DNA of 64,000 bases, from positions 5,394,001 through 5,458,000 of the forward strand of contig OX597814.1 in assembly GCA_951406725.2 (NCBI GenBank), written 5' to 3'. Under the pieces are notes generated by a model, which searched no databases, had not been told where the DNA came from, and worked only from the letters and a program-made list of their open reading frames with translations. The position numbers were made by a program, and so were the translations under genes. The DNA is from Octopus vulgaris. Its lineage: Eukaryota. Below, one piece after another: positions 12,220-24,769 of this stretch. Numbering within the stretch: position 1 is the stretch's first letter; every line of letters starts with the position of its first letter.

Positions 12220-13755
12220 TTGTGCTGGACGTTTGTAGCAGAGATCATATACTGCAAAATGTGAAGTTAGATGTTCAACCGTTCTGGGAACCATGTGAAG
12301 AAAATACCATTTCAAGCCAGCAAGTCCATGACTATTTACTACCTTCCCAGTTCCATCTGACTTTCTTACAGAAACATAAAATCAAAGTTAATGACCAATT
12401 AAAGAAATGGGCTGAAGTAATTTGGAAAGATTCCAAGTTTAATAAACTGAAATTAAAATATTCTGAAGAAAATTTTGAGGAAATTGAAAAATGTTTGGAA
12501 GATTTATTAAATTCCATTACTATTGAAACTATTGATATTCCAACTGATATGTTTGAGGACATTGTTAGAACATTTAACAGTGAAGCCGACCAAAGGTATT
12601 TTTATTTTGATAACCGGAATTTCCAAGCTCATATTTTGGGATTTGATACAAGTAATGTAATTAAAATGAAAAAGAGACTTTTGGATAATCTTAGAACGGA
12701 ACGTGAGGATGATTTAAATATTCACGAAAGACTTATTCTGTCTGGTCTCGAATTTTTTGAGCAGGCAGAAAGACAATCTGAAGATCTAAAAGTCAGAATT
12801 TATGGTAACAAAGTTATTTTTAAAGGCCACACTTCGAAAATAGCCGAATGTCAAAAGGATATGAATAAAATACTTCAGTCAGTTGTAAGATCGAAACTGG
12901 GTTTGCCTTTAAATACTGGAATGATCATAAATAAAAAAACAGTGAAAGAATATCTTGATGAAAAACTGAGAAACAAGAAATGTATCGGTTCATGGGAAAC
13001 GGGTGATGGTGATTCAGTATTACTTCATGCAAGTGATAAAACACATCTTTCACTTTTGGAAGGAATCATGAAAGAAACTTTTGTTGCCAATACACTGGAT
13101 TTTGTGGACAAAATTAAGGATACTCCAAATCATGGAAAGTGGCTGACATTAGTTAAAAGTGTAAAAGAAGAGTTTCCAGATTTCCATTTTATTGGAGAAG
13201 ATTCTATTGTTGCTGTTGATGCTGTAGTTAATGATATAAAAACCAAAATTGATAACTTTGAGCAATCTTTAATTTATGAATCTTATATATCGATGAATCT
13301 TGCACATTTCCTCTTTCTTAAAGAGTTCAAAGAACAGGAAATCAATGACTTTAGTGAGAAAAATAAAATTAAGAATGTGTGTCTCAAAGATAATAAGTTA
13401 CACCTGGAAGGAACACAAAACCAAATTAGGAAAATGGAAACATTTATAGAAAACTTAAGAAAAGATATCAGCTCAAAAGAAGTAAACTTTGAAATGTTTG
13501 GATTTCAAGAATTTCTGGAAAATGAAGAAGGAAAGAATTTCTTATGTGAAATGCAGAAGCAATCTGAGAGCATAATATCATTAAATTCAGATTTAGGAAG
13601 TGAAACAGATGAAATAGTTAATGTTAAGTATAAGAACTGTGAAATAGTGTTGAAGGAAGGTGACATCACGACTCTGGACACAGATGCTATTGTTAATGCT
13701 GCAAATGGCAGACTGGAACACAGGGGTGGGGTTGCAGCAGCCATTGTGCAGAAAG
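12220..13755 (+). CDS. PARP14: PARP14-like macro-PARP, large internal exon (N-terminal/KH-like region plus start of macrodomain 1)
   Basis: Lies in 547-aa ORF 12117-13760. Acceptor tttttcataatttag ends 12219; donor AG|gttagt at 13756; 1536 nt, phase 1-1. Ends in EIVLKEGDITTLDTDAIVNAANGRLEHRGGVAAAIVQKG, a macrodomain N-terminus. PARP14-like assignment rests on architecture; the catalytic domain is not in the window. Confidence 0.88.
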
Positions 13756-13799
13756 GTTAGTAATACCATTTTTTATAGTTAATGTTTCTTTTTAGATCC

Positions 13800-14150
13800 A
13801 AGTGTGGTTGAGAAGCTTGCTTCCTGACCTTGTGGTTTCAGGTTCAATTCCACTCACAGCATTTTGGACAAGTGTCTTCTGTTATAGGTCAATGGTTGGC
13901 CAAAGCCTTGGGAGTGGATTTCGTTGATAGAAACTGAAAGAAGCTCATCATTTATACATACATGTGTGTGTGGGGGGTGAGTAGCCAGGTGTTGACAGCA
14001 CACGATGGTTGTAAATCACCATCACACAAGTGATGTTGTGTCTTTTCCAGTTTTCCATGAAAAACATGTCTGACCATGGGGAAATATTCCCTCATGTGGA
14101 AACATGTGACACTTGGCTACAAAAAGGACACCCAACCATGAACATTAAAT
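13800..14150 (+). mobile_element. tRNA-derived SINE
   Basis: A/B-box-like head (gtgtggttgagaagc...ggttcaattcc) and body caaagccttgggagtggattt...gaaactgaaagaagc, shared with about 8830, 19630, 24190 and 33000 (minus). Confidence 0.7.
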
Positions 14151-15119
14151 TATGGTGGGCAGACACACACACTCACACAAGATAGTGTGCATTAGCTTCA
14201 TATACATACACATGTACACACCAACACGCATGAACACACACACACATAAACCGAAAGCATGGACATACATACACACATGCATAGATACTCATACACATGC
14301 ACAAATTCATAGAGTATATATATGTACGCATTAGTCTCATACACACGTATGCTCACCTACATGCCAGGTTCATAGTTGTCTCCCTTGTCACTCGTACCTC
14401 AAGTCAGCACTCATAGATGTCTCCCTAGGTTGTCAGAGCCACTGACACCCTTCAGCAACCTCTTCCTCCTCCTCCCATCATTTCAGCTTGTAGTCACACT
14501 CTGACACACGTTTCTTCTATTCTCTCTCTCTTCTTCTATTCTTTCTGTCAAAGAGTAGGCTCAAAATGTTAAACACTTCCTATTTTCTCTAAGCATAAAG
14601 TTGATACACTTCTGCTGTGGAGGAGAGGTCTTCTTGAGCACAGCAAGGCACCAGATATCTCAGTCCTTTGGCATCTCATCCTCAAGGGTCACCATTCAGG
14701 GGTTCTCCTTCAGTACTTCATCCTCTGTTTTCCTGGGTCTCCCTCTTACACAAGTTCCAACCACTTTGAATGTACGGCACTTCTTCGTGGAGCTGTCAGC
14801 ATCCATCCATATCACATGACCAAACCAGTACTGTCTTCTCTCGCAGACTGCAACCAGTTCTTCTTCTGACGAACTTCTCTCTCAATACACTAACAGTCTT
14901 GGCCACACAAGGCTGAATACAGAAGGGACAAAATACAAAGTAGATCTTTTCTTTTCGGGAGGAAGAAGAGAAGAAACAAAACAAAGAAAAAAAAGTGGGT
15001 TGAATTCCAATCAAAAGGGTTCATAAAGAAAAAAATCTTTATACATATACACATATACACAAGTAATATAGAATTAAAATGAAATATATATATTGATATA
15101 ATATAACAATATATATTTA

Positions 15120-18075
15120 TCATCATCATCATCATCGTTTAATGTCCGCTTTCCATGCTTGCCTGGGTTGGACAAAATGACTCAGGACTGGCGAACCAGA
15201 TGGCTGCACCAGGCTCCAATCTCTATCTGGCACAGTTTCTACAGCTGGATGCCCTTCTTAACGCCAACCTCTCAGAGAGTGTAGTGAGTGCTGTTACATG
15301 CCACCGACACGGAAGCCAGTTAGCTTCAGGCGGTACTGGCAACGGCCATGCTCAAATGGTGTTTGTTATGTGCCAGCTGCACAGGAGCCAATCCAGCGGC
15401 ACTGGCAACGACTTCGTTCAAATGTTTTTTCACATGCCACCAGCACAAGTGCCAGTAAGGTGACGCTGGTAACAATCACTCTCAAATGGTGCTTTTTATG
15501 TGCCACCGGCATGGAAGCCAGTCAGCTGCTCTGGCAACGATCACTCTCAGATGGTGCCCTGTGCGCCCCACTAGCACGGATGCCAGTCATCAAATTTGGT
15601 TTCCATTTCAATTTCACTTGCCTCAACAAGTCTTCACAAGCACAGTCTTCCTCTGATATTACTGCACCTCTTTTGTGTCCATAGCTTACACTGGGTACAT
15701 CTTATAGAGTTTCTACCTACGCCTTTTCTACAGATCGAGCAGGGCCATCTACGTGAAGACGTTTGTGATTTATCTACCTTCCTACTTATTAGGACTTTGG
15801 TTTTAGATAGGTTGACTCTGAGGCCCTTCGATTCTAATCCTTGTTTCCACACCTGAAACATCTCGAGTTCTGATAGTGACTCAGAAATTAGAGCAAGGTC
15901 GTCAGGATAGAGGAGCTCCCAAGGACATCTTGTCTTGAATTCCTCTGTTATTGCCCGGAGGACTATGATAAATAGGAGGGGGCTAATGACTGAACCTTGG
16001 TGGACCCCTACCTCAACCCGGAATTCTTCACTGTACTTGTTGCCAACCCTCACTTTACTGATAGCATCCCTGTACATGGCTCGCACAGCTCTTACTAACC
16101 ATTCATCTATCCCTAGTTTCCTCATTGACCACCAGATAAGGGATTGTGGGACCATGTCAAATGCTTTCTCCATGTCAACAAAAGCCAGGTACAGAGGTTT
16201 ATCTTTGGCTAAGTATTTCTCCTGCAGTTGTCTTACCAGAAATATAGGATCAGTGGTACTTTTCCCTGGCATGAACCCAAACGGCATTTCATCTAAACTG
16301 ACCCTCTCCATGACCTTCATTAATTAATCTCATCCAAGCTGACTCTCTCCCTAATCAGTTGGGCTATGACCCTCTCTGTAACCTTCATTACCTGATCTAA
16401 CAACTTGATACCTCATTAATTATTTGTATCTAATGTGTCACCATTTCTTTTGTAGCAGTTGACTATTATGCTGCTACACCAGTCATTGGGTATGACTCCT
16501 TCGTGTATCACCTGGTTAACTATACGGGTGACTAGGCTATAGCCGACACTGCCAGATATTTTGAGTATCTCTTCCTCATGGACCGGGGGCTTTCCCTGTC
16601 TTAATTGCTTTATCTACCAAGGTACTGTCAACACGGATAGCTGGTCTTCAGACCCTTAATCGCTTTATCTCCCAATAGCTTGTCCCTCTGTGGGGTCGAC
16701 ATTCAGCAGACTCTCTTTTTCCCATTCATTCTCTTTATTGAGTAACCTTTTGTAGTGGTATCTCCAAATATCTCTCTTTGCAGCCTCGTTTAGTGCAAGT
16801 GAACCATCATTCATGCGAACACATTTCTCCCCGACATCACGATTCACTCTCACACATTGTTTTGCAACACGAGATACCTCAAGTGTTTGGTCCTCACAGC
16901 ACAGAACATTGGTAAATTTTTTCTTATCTGCTTCCCTTCTGGCAGTCTGATGCAATTCCCTGCTACCTCCGTTCTTCCAGTCCTTCAGAGCATGTTTCTT
17001 TTATCTGATAGCCCTGTCAACAACATTGTTCCACCACAACGTTATTTTGGCTCAAGATGGGACTTTGCACCATCCACACATCTGGTCATTGGCCCATAGC
17101 AGGTTGTCCCGTAGAAACCTCCAGTTGTCTTCTACATCGTGTGAAGCTATATCCCCTTCTATTTCGTCAAAGGCTTCAAGTAATATGTCTCTAAATCTCT
17201 GTCCATTCCAGGATCTTTAAGCTTCCAGACCCTTCTCCTCCATGCTGGTCATCTTCTGGGCATCCATTTAGCCCTGATCCTGAAGTCACTAACTACCAGT
17301 CTATGTTGTGGGGTGCATTCTTCGCCTGGGAATGTTTTGGCATTTATAAGCAGCCATCTTTCTCTTTTTTGGTGAGGATATAGTCAATACTACCAGAACA
17401 GTAGGTGAGTAGGTGACTGACAGGTTTTTCTGAAATAAGTATTGCAAACCATAAGATCATTTGCATCGCAGAACTCCAGCAGCCTGGTTCCTTCCTCATT
17501 GCGAGAGCCAAAACCGTAGCATCCATGTATGCCATGGAAGCCCCTGGCATGTTGTCCAACATGTCCATTGAAGTCACCAGCCACAAAGAGAAGGTCCCTG
17601 TCATTCGTTAATGTGGTAGTCTGTAAGAAGGTGTCATAGAATCGGTCTTTCTGTCCATCGGGTAAAGGCTGAGATAATGGTTACTAACCCATGACGAAGC
17701 ACTAATCTAATCTTAAGTATCCTCTGACTACCTCAATTACCTTATCTAACCATTTTCCAGCAAAAAGTATACCCACGCCCCCGATCCCATCAGTGTTCCC
17801 AGCCCAGAAAACCTTGTACCTGTGTTCTTTGCCTGTGAGGTACCTAGCAGAACCTCCTCTCCACCTTACTTCTTGGATGCAGCACATATCAACACATCTC
17901 CATTCAAGCATATCAACAATCTCACCAGACCTACCTTTCAGTTTGCCAACATTGAGAGTGCCAACCCTGAGGGTATGGGAGGTATGGGCCCTTGAGACCT
18001 TGGGATGGGCGACAGTAGCGTCATGTACCTGAAAAGAGAGCTCACATTTGGCAGAATTCATAAACAAACAATAGC
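15120..18075 (-). mobile_element. RTE-clade LINE, degenerate
   Basis: EN ORF 17702-18067; RT ORF 15634-16320 (GVHQGSVISPLLF, LLYPDDL) with Cys-rich WPCSICRKGVGRNSIRCTQC; (GAT)n tail. Confidence 0.92.
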
Positions 18076-18973
18076 CTTAAGTTCCACCTGCGTACACTAT
18101 CATATTTTTGCACTATATGATCACTACCTTATATAGTAGGGGGTGGAGATGACATAAAGCCTTTAGAAGTGTTCATGGGAGGCAACCAAAGGATGACAAA
18201 AAATAGGGACTTCCGGTACAGGTGGATGGGGTGGAAGGGTGGGTGCACCGCGAACTAGCAAACATGGATGAGAGCATCTCCTGCATACGTATTCTTTTGG
18301 TGGAGGTATTAAGAATCGAGTAGGGGAATCCGAGTACGTGCGCTAGTTTATATAGGGTGGTGGTGGTGGTGGAGGAAGTAGGAAGTCTTGGTGAGGCAAG
18401 TGGTACTCGAAAGAGAGATAGAGACACAGAGAGAGAGAGAGAGAGATGGTGAGGCAGAGAGAAGGAGGGGGTCAGGACACGAGGGAGAGATATTCTTTTG
18501 GGATTTGTGTGGCATAGTTAATTAAACAAGACAGCAAATGTTGATAATAGTAAAATAGAATTGAAGAATCTGAGAGCCAGTCTAAGACAAAATTAGAGAA
18601 ATAAGTGACTGTGTGATAAACTTGAATAGATGAATGAATGAATATGTTGCGGTTAAGGAAATGCGTGAACTAAGGTTATCTTAAGGCAACAGCAAGGAAG
18701 AGGAAACTATATTTACATGTCTACATGGTAATGAAATAGGCAGAATAATAAAAAGAGCTAACAAGGGGTTTATGATCTGAGCAGAAATAGAAGAGTAAAT
18801 GACGAGGTTGAAAAAACAAAACTTCTTGCCTGAGCATCTTCTGCGATTCGTATTTTTCGGACAAGGCATTGAAATAATATATTAATATATAATGTAATAT
18901 ATTAATATATACATATATTTACATATATTAACATGCATTAAGCAGGAACATAAGAATGCAAATATCTTTGCAG

Positions 18974-19222
18974 GTGGGCCTGAAATTCAAATTGAATGTA
19001 ACAAAATTATGAAAGAAAGAAGGAGTGAACTGAAAACTGGAGAAGTAGTGTCAACTAATGCTGGTAGACTCAAATGCAAGACTATCGTTCATGCTGTTGG
19101 ACCCGTTTGGAATAATGGAAGGGATCAGGAAGTTTTTCACCTTTCAAGAGCTGTTCAAAATTGTTTGGCATTTCTTGAAAAAAAGCCTTATACATCAATT
19201 GCAATTCCTGCCATCAGTACAG
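18974..19222 (+). CDS. PARP14: PARP14-like exon, macrodomain 1 core
   Basis: ctttgcag|GTGGG...ACAG|gtaaga; 249 nt, phase 1-1. GGPEIQIECNKIMKERRSELKTGEVVSTNAGRLKCKTIVHAVGPVW...SIAIPAIST continues the previous exon in frame. Confidence 0.92.
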
Positions 19223-19837
19223 GTAAGAATTTACCATTTTTATTCTGTTCAAATTATTTGGTATAGAAATAGTAATTACAATATTTAGTCTATAGTAAGG
19301 CAACTATCCCTCTATTCTAACCTCTCCCCTGGCACCCATCCACTTCCCTTGGTTTCACTCCCAGTCTCAACTAAAAGTCTTTGTCTTGCAAGTAACTTGG
19401 CAACTCCACTTTTTACGTGACAGCAGCACCTGTGATGGTGTCACATAAAAAGCACCCAGTGCATTCTCTAAAGTGGTTGGCATTCTGTAAAGGAAGGGCA
19501 TCCAACCATAGAACCTATACCAAAAGAGAAAATTGGTACCTGGGCAGCTCTCCGGCCTTGCCAGCATCGAAAACAGATGTGAAATGATGATGATGATATT
19601 ATATATATATATATATATATTATTGTAGAAGATGTGGCAATATGGTTAAAAGGTTGATGTTCCACATGATTTCTGGTTCAGTTCCATGGCAAGGTATTTG
19701 GGGTGAGTCGTTTATTATAGACCTGGGTTGGCCAAAGCCTTCTCAGTCGGATTTGGTGGACGGGAATTGAAAAGAGGCCTGTTGTGGCACAGCTGACATT
19801 CTAGAGGTACAGTATTTGTTGTTGTTGTGTGAGGGTG

Positions 19838-20350
19838 TGGCAGTCCTGGCACCCAAGCAGACGACTCTTCTCTGCCAACAATATATGAGTGCTTTTATGC
19901 ACCAGACATCCATATGAGATGTCCTCTCACGTTAAATAACGCAGTATTTGATGCTCAAACACAGCATCCACATTTAGTTGGATATAAAAATTGCCTGTTG
20001 GTATTACTATTGCTTCTGTTGCTATTAATTACTTTTTTCATAGGCTTGCTGGCTATTTGCTAAATCAGTGCCTTAACAGATACTGAAATTCTATACATCG
20101 TCAATAGATTTGGCTGTTATGTCACCACTAGATGTCTTCTACTGAAGAGTCCAGGCAGGATGAAATCATGTCATCTGGCAGTAAATAGTGATCGTAGCAG
20201 ATGGTTCTCGCCTGTTAAAAATATAAATATGAGTGCTTTTATGCACCCAGGGCCCTGTGGGAGTCCCTCTTGAGGTAAATAATGCAGTTCTCTCTGTTCT
20301 AACATGACCTTTATGTTAAGTTGGATATAAAGATTGCTTTTCATATTAAT
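19838..20350 (+). ncRNA. Candidate retrozyme: about 338-nt head-to-tail repeat with type I hammerhead (20136-20181)
   Basis: Direct repeat (TGGCAG at 19838 and 20176; ATGAGTGCTTTTATGCACC at 19885 and 20229; GTTGGATATAAA twice). CTTCTA-CTGAAGA-GTCC-AGGCA-GGAT-GAAA-TCATGTCA-TC-TGGCAG. Homolog at 33125-33480 (minus). Confidence 0.65.
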
Positions 20351-20399
20351 ACTGCTTTTGTCAATAATAATTATGTATATGTCTATATATATATGGCTG

Positions 20400-21925
20400 T
20401 CCACTCATGACCGAGGAAGACCATTGCTGACCTTTAGGTATATTGTGCACTCTAGGACTAACGTATATTTTGCATTTGCGCCCCCCCCCCAAATGCTTCC
20501 ATTACCTTTCTCAACATTTCGGTCAGCATTCATCACTCCACTCTCACACCTCCATCCAATAAAAACACAGACTCACACTCATACCTCAACTTCTCCTCCT
20601 CCCACCCTAAACACACCAAGCTCTCCATCCCCTATTCTTAATTCCTTCATCTGCACAGGCTCTGCAGTGACGACTATGAGTTTGAGGCTGAGTCTCAACT
20701 CATGGCTTGCCACTTCATCCTACGTAGATATCCCTTCACCACTATCCACACTGCCCTTGCCAGAGCACGTTCAATGGACTGTGCTTCTGCTCTCTCCCCT
20801 GCCATCTCCTGTTTACCCTCACCTACCACCCCACCACCCTATCCAACGCACCATTCTACAAGCCTTCTGGCGACTCCAGTCCGACCCCTACCCTTTGCAC
20901 ATCTTCCTTAACTGACCTCTCCCCTCCTTCAAAAGAACCCACAACCTACACAACCGCTTGGTCAACAGCCTCCCTCACAGGCATCCATCATATCACTGTC
21001 TCCTTCACCTGCACTTTTAGCAACATCATCTACTGCATCTCCTGCTCTCTCTGTCCGTCTCTGTACATCAGTCAAATGGGAAGCCGCTTGGCTGACTGGT
21101 TCATGGAACACCTCTGAGACATCAGATTTGGCAACGACACTCTGATCACATGCCATTTCCGCTCTACCGGTCATTCTTTACAACACCTGTCTGTGTTCGG
21201 AATGTCCTTGCACAGGGGGCATCCAGACTTCCATTTTGCTGTGAACAGAGATTAATCTTCTCTCTTCACTCCTTTGCACCACATGGGCTCAACTCTCTTC
21301 CCCTCTTCATCAAACCCTCCTCCTCTCACACCTATTTCCTCCCTCCCACCTCTGCTCTTGCTCTGACACCTACTTCCTCTCTTCACTCCTACCCACCTTC
21401 TCATTTCCCCCTCTCCCTTCCTTGTGACCCCCACCACTACACAATCCAACCCCACCATCCCCGTACATCCAATCCCACTTCATCCTTACACCCCAATCTC
21501 ACCCTTGCTTCCCCCCCCCCCAACACCACATCATACCACCCTGCACACACTAGCACTAACCACTTCCCAGAACCCACACCATCACCCATACATCTACACA
21601 TGCACACACACGCGTCAAGGTCACCAATCCTCATCCACATGCACATACACGCTCTCACATGTACGCGCGCATTCGTTTTGGGATCACAACTACTTTATTA
21701 TTTCCCATTTTTCCTAGCTTTCCTGTGTGACTCCTCTGAACAGCATTCGTCATGATAGATTGCTAGCCAACATTTTTTTTCTCTCCCTGTTTATTTCTGT
21801 GTTTCTTTCTGAGCGTAGGTTCGAAACATTAAAGACTTTCTCACTTCCCGAGCATTAAACTAATACATCTGCTTGTTGTTTACAGACCTGTCTTCATCTT
21901 TTATTTTTTGTAAATTCTCACTATA
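20400..21925 (+). mobile_element. Penelope-like element, degenerate 3' half
   Basis: Frameshifted remnants KxTDSH...HP.HTK.SIPYS...F..RRYP of the PLE thumb region, decayed GIY-YIG region, CT-rich 3' tract, ending at (TA)n. Confidence 0.7.
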
Positions 21926-22813
21926 TATATATATATATAACGGATTTAGTTTTGTTGATATTGAAATTGTCGGAGTCAGCAGTTTTGACGATGATTATTT
22001 GTTGTTATGACAGCATACTGTAGGATGTGAAAGATAGACAATGCATGAAGTTTTAAGGAAATGTTTGTTTACCGTTACATTACAATACCTAGCCTCGATG
22101 GGCAGGTTGTGATAAATCCAAAAGCATGCGAAGTAAAGTTTGTGTATGTGCCCTCTTCAATGTTTAGTAGTAGTAATTACAGAGAGAGATAGAATGATGT
22201 TGTAAGAGGACAGAATTAGAGCTAGAGAGAATTGTAGGGTGTTATCTCACAGTTGCTTTCCCCCTCTGACCAAAGTTGGTCAGCCAGACCTCGTTGAGTC
22301 ATCACCGACCGTGACTAACTCCATTGAGTCATCACTACTGTCATGAACTGATTTTTGCTTGGGATGTGCTTGCTTATATAAGGATCCAGAAGGATAGATA
22401 TATCATTGAGAACAATAGATTTAGTTGGTGGTCTTGTTATCTCTACTCTAGCTTTTGGTGAAGTAGAAGAGGTTAGAAAGGGTCAAGTGGTGAAGACATT
22501 ATTTCGGCCTAGCTAAAGGCATCTGAAAAATGCAAAACTACTGTCAGAGAAAAACCATTGTTCCATCATGGGAAAAAGTTCTGTAGTAGTGTTAATTTAA
22601 ATTTGGCTATGGTGGATCGAATCCACTTCATGCATGCAAGATCCACTACATATATATATACACACACACGAACATGTGTGTGTGTGCACACGTGTATGTA
22701 TATATATATATATGTGTGCGCATATGCAGATTCTGTGAAAAAAGTTTTACTTTCCTTACGCTTATTAGAGTAATTTTCCTTTCTTCAAAAGTTTTTTCAT
22801 AGCATTTTTTGTT

Positions 22814-22888
22814 TTGTCTGAGTAACTGATGAGATGCCGGAGTAGATTTCAGCTCTGACATCCGAAACTCTGAGTCTTATTATGACAA
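22814..22888 (+). ncRNA. Type I hammerhead ribozyme, near-canonical
   Basis: TTGTC-tg-AGTAA-CTGATGA-GATGCCGGAG-loop10-CTCTGACATC-c-GAAA-CTC-T-GAG-TC-TTATT-at-GACAA. Intact core, GUC triplet, predicted cleavage after 22876. Confidence 0.78.
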
Positions 22889-23159
22889 CCAACTAGTTGT
22901 CACATATTATATATATATGTGTGAGTGTGTGTGTGACTGTGTTAGTATCTGTTTGTCTTTTAATCACATGATATTTGTAAACAAGGAACACCATCATACA
23001 AGCAGTGTCGCCCATTTCCAGTCTACAAGGAAAACATATCTGGCCATGGAGCAATATTAGCTTCCTTGGGTGGGTGATAGGAATGTCAACTAAACATAGA
23101 AGATTTGCCTCAACCAATTCCACCTGAAGCATGGAAAAGGAGACATTAAAACGATTATT

Positions 23160-23515
23160 ATTATTATTATTATTCAGTAGTTTTATTTTTATAGTGTGCT
23201 TTCACTTCACTACCGAGCGCAGCTCTGTGTGCCTTGGGTATGTGCTGTGATTTGTTGTGATGCTCTGATGGTTATTATATGGAAAGTGTTCTGCGTAGGA
23301 TGTGTGCAGTGCCTAGTAGTGCAATTTTCTGTATGTTATATGTGTTTGTAAGTCCTGGTGTTTTTGTTATGTATTTGTCTGAATATTTTTTATCATACCT
23401 AATGCACCTACTATGATAGGAATTGTTTCTGTTTTTAGATTCCACATTCTGGTTACCTCTATTTCCAGGTCTTTGTAGTTTGAAAGTTTCTCCATTTCTT
23501 TTAGAGACACGTTTT
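23160..23515 (-). mobile_element. R4/Dong-like LINE 3' fragment in TAA repeat
   Basis: Matches the 3' end of 45110-47690 (NIQKIALLGTAHILRRTLSI plus UTR); (ATT)n on both sides. Confidence 0.9.
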
Positions 23516-23536
23516 ATCATTATTATCATTATCATT

Positions 23537-23575
<39 letters not shown>

Positions 23576-23882
23576 TAACTGAAAAAACAACAAAGAAAAG
23601 AAATGTGTTCAACATGAGAGAGAGAGAGACAAACTTAGACCTTATTAAATACCATTGTATATTAATGGGGGTAAAGACCCCCCTCGGTCATCAATGGCCA
23701 TGGTATTGCACCTAGAAACTTCCACTCTGTCTATTAAAGAATCTTCTTCTAAATGATGGAATTGTATTGTTTCTTGGTATTGCAGCTGATAAATTACTGC
23801 AATAATATCACAGGTTAATTATATATATTTTGAGTAAGAACATTTGTTGGATTAAATATGTTGTATATTTTATTTATAACAG

Positions 23883-24062
23883 GTATTTTTGGTATACCCA
23901 TAGAAGAAGGAACCAAATGTACAGTAACAACGATAAAGAATTATCTTGATGCTTACTCAAATTCTAAAATAAAGCATATTTGTCTGATTGACGTACGGAA
24001 GGAAGTAATCAGAGCTTTTAAGCTTCATCTAGAAACGGTGTTTGGAATCAGTAAAAGCAGAG
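23883..24062 (+). CDS. PARP14: PARP14-like exon, macrodomain 1 C-terminus
   Basis: tttataacag|GTATT...AGAG|gtagga; 180 nt, phase 1-1. GIFGIPIEEGTKCTVTTIKNYLDAYSNSKIKHICLIDVRKEVIRAFKLHLETVFG completes the PAISTGIFG motif. Confidence 0.92.
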
Positions 24063-24769
24063 GTAGGACTTGTTATTTGTTTGATATTTTAGTGAAAATT
24101 TAAATGATTTATTTCAGGTGTTAATTAAGATTTTTTCCTCCTCCTTCAGTCAACTTTTATCTGATTCCTATTATTGGTTTATGGGCACAGCCATGGATTT
24201 GTGGTTAAAAAGATTAATTTCTAACCATGTTGATTCCCAATGTAAGGCAACTCAAGCAAATATCTTCTACTATGGCCCTGAGCCAACCAAAGCCTTGTCA
24301 ACTGGTTTGGGAGATGGAAACTGATACAAGGGCCCCTCATATATGTACTGTGTGTGTTTGTACTCTTGTCTTGACATCATGTGATGGCTGCAAACGAGCA
24401 TCCTCAGCATACAAGTGAGGTTGTTTGTTTCCTGTCTTCTGTGGAAACCATGTCTGGCCAGGGGGAAATATTACCTTGCTTGGAAACAGGTGAGGGTTAG
24501 CATCAGGAAGAGCATCCAGCTATAGAAAGTCTGCCTCAATAAACTAATCTGACCCATGCAAGCAGGGAACAATGGATGTGAAAACAAGGATGATGAAGAT
24601 GTTTAATTTATTGCGGTTGATAAAATACTCTTGTCTCACTCTGTGAATCCTGTCTTGTATAACTAACGAAGGATAATTATAATTATTTATCTGATACATT
24701 GTAAACATGACTATTGTTCATATTCTAATTAATACGAAGTTATAAATTGTCCAAAACAAAAAAATAATC

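Noticed and set aside
13800-13860. tRNA genes at A/B-box-like sequences
   Set aside because: No cloverleaf; they continue into SINE bodies found several times in the window.
22490-22530. Further hammerhead relics here (minus) and at about 26545-26615 (minus)
   Set aside because: The cores are too degraded to support a call.
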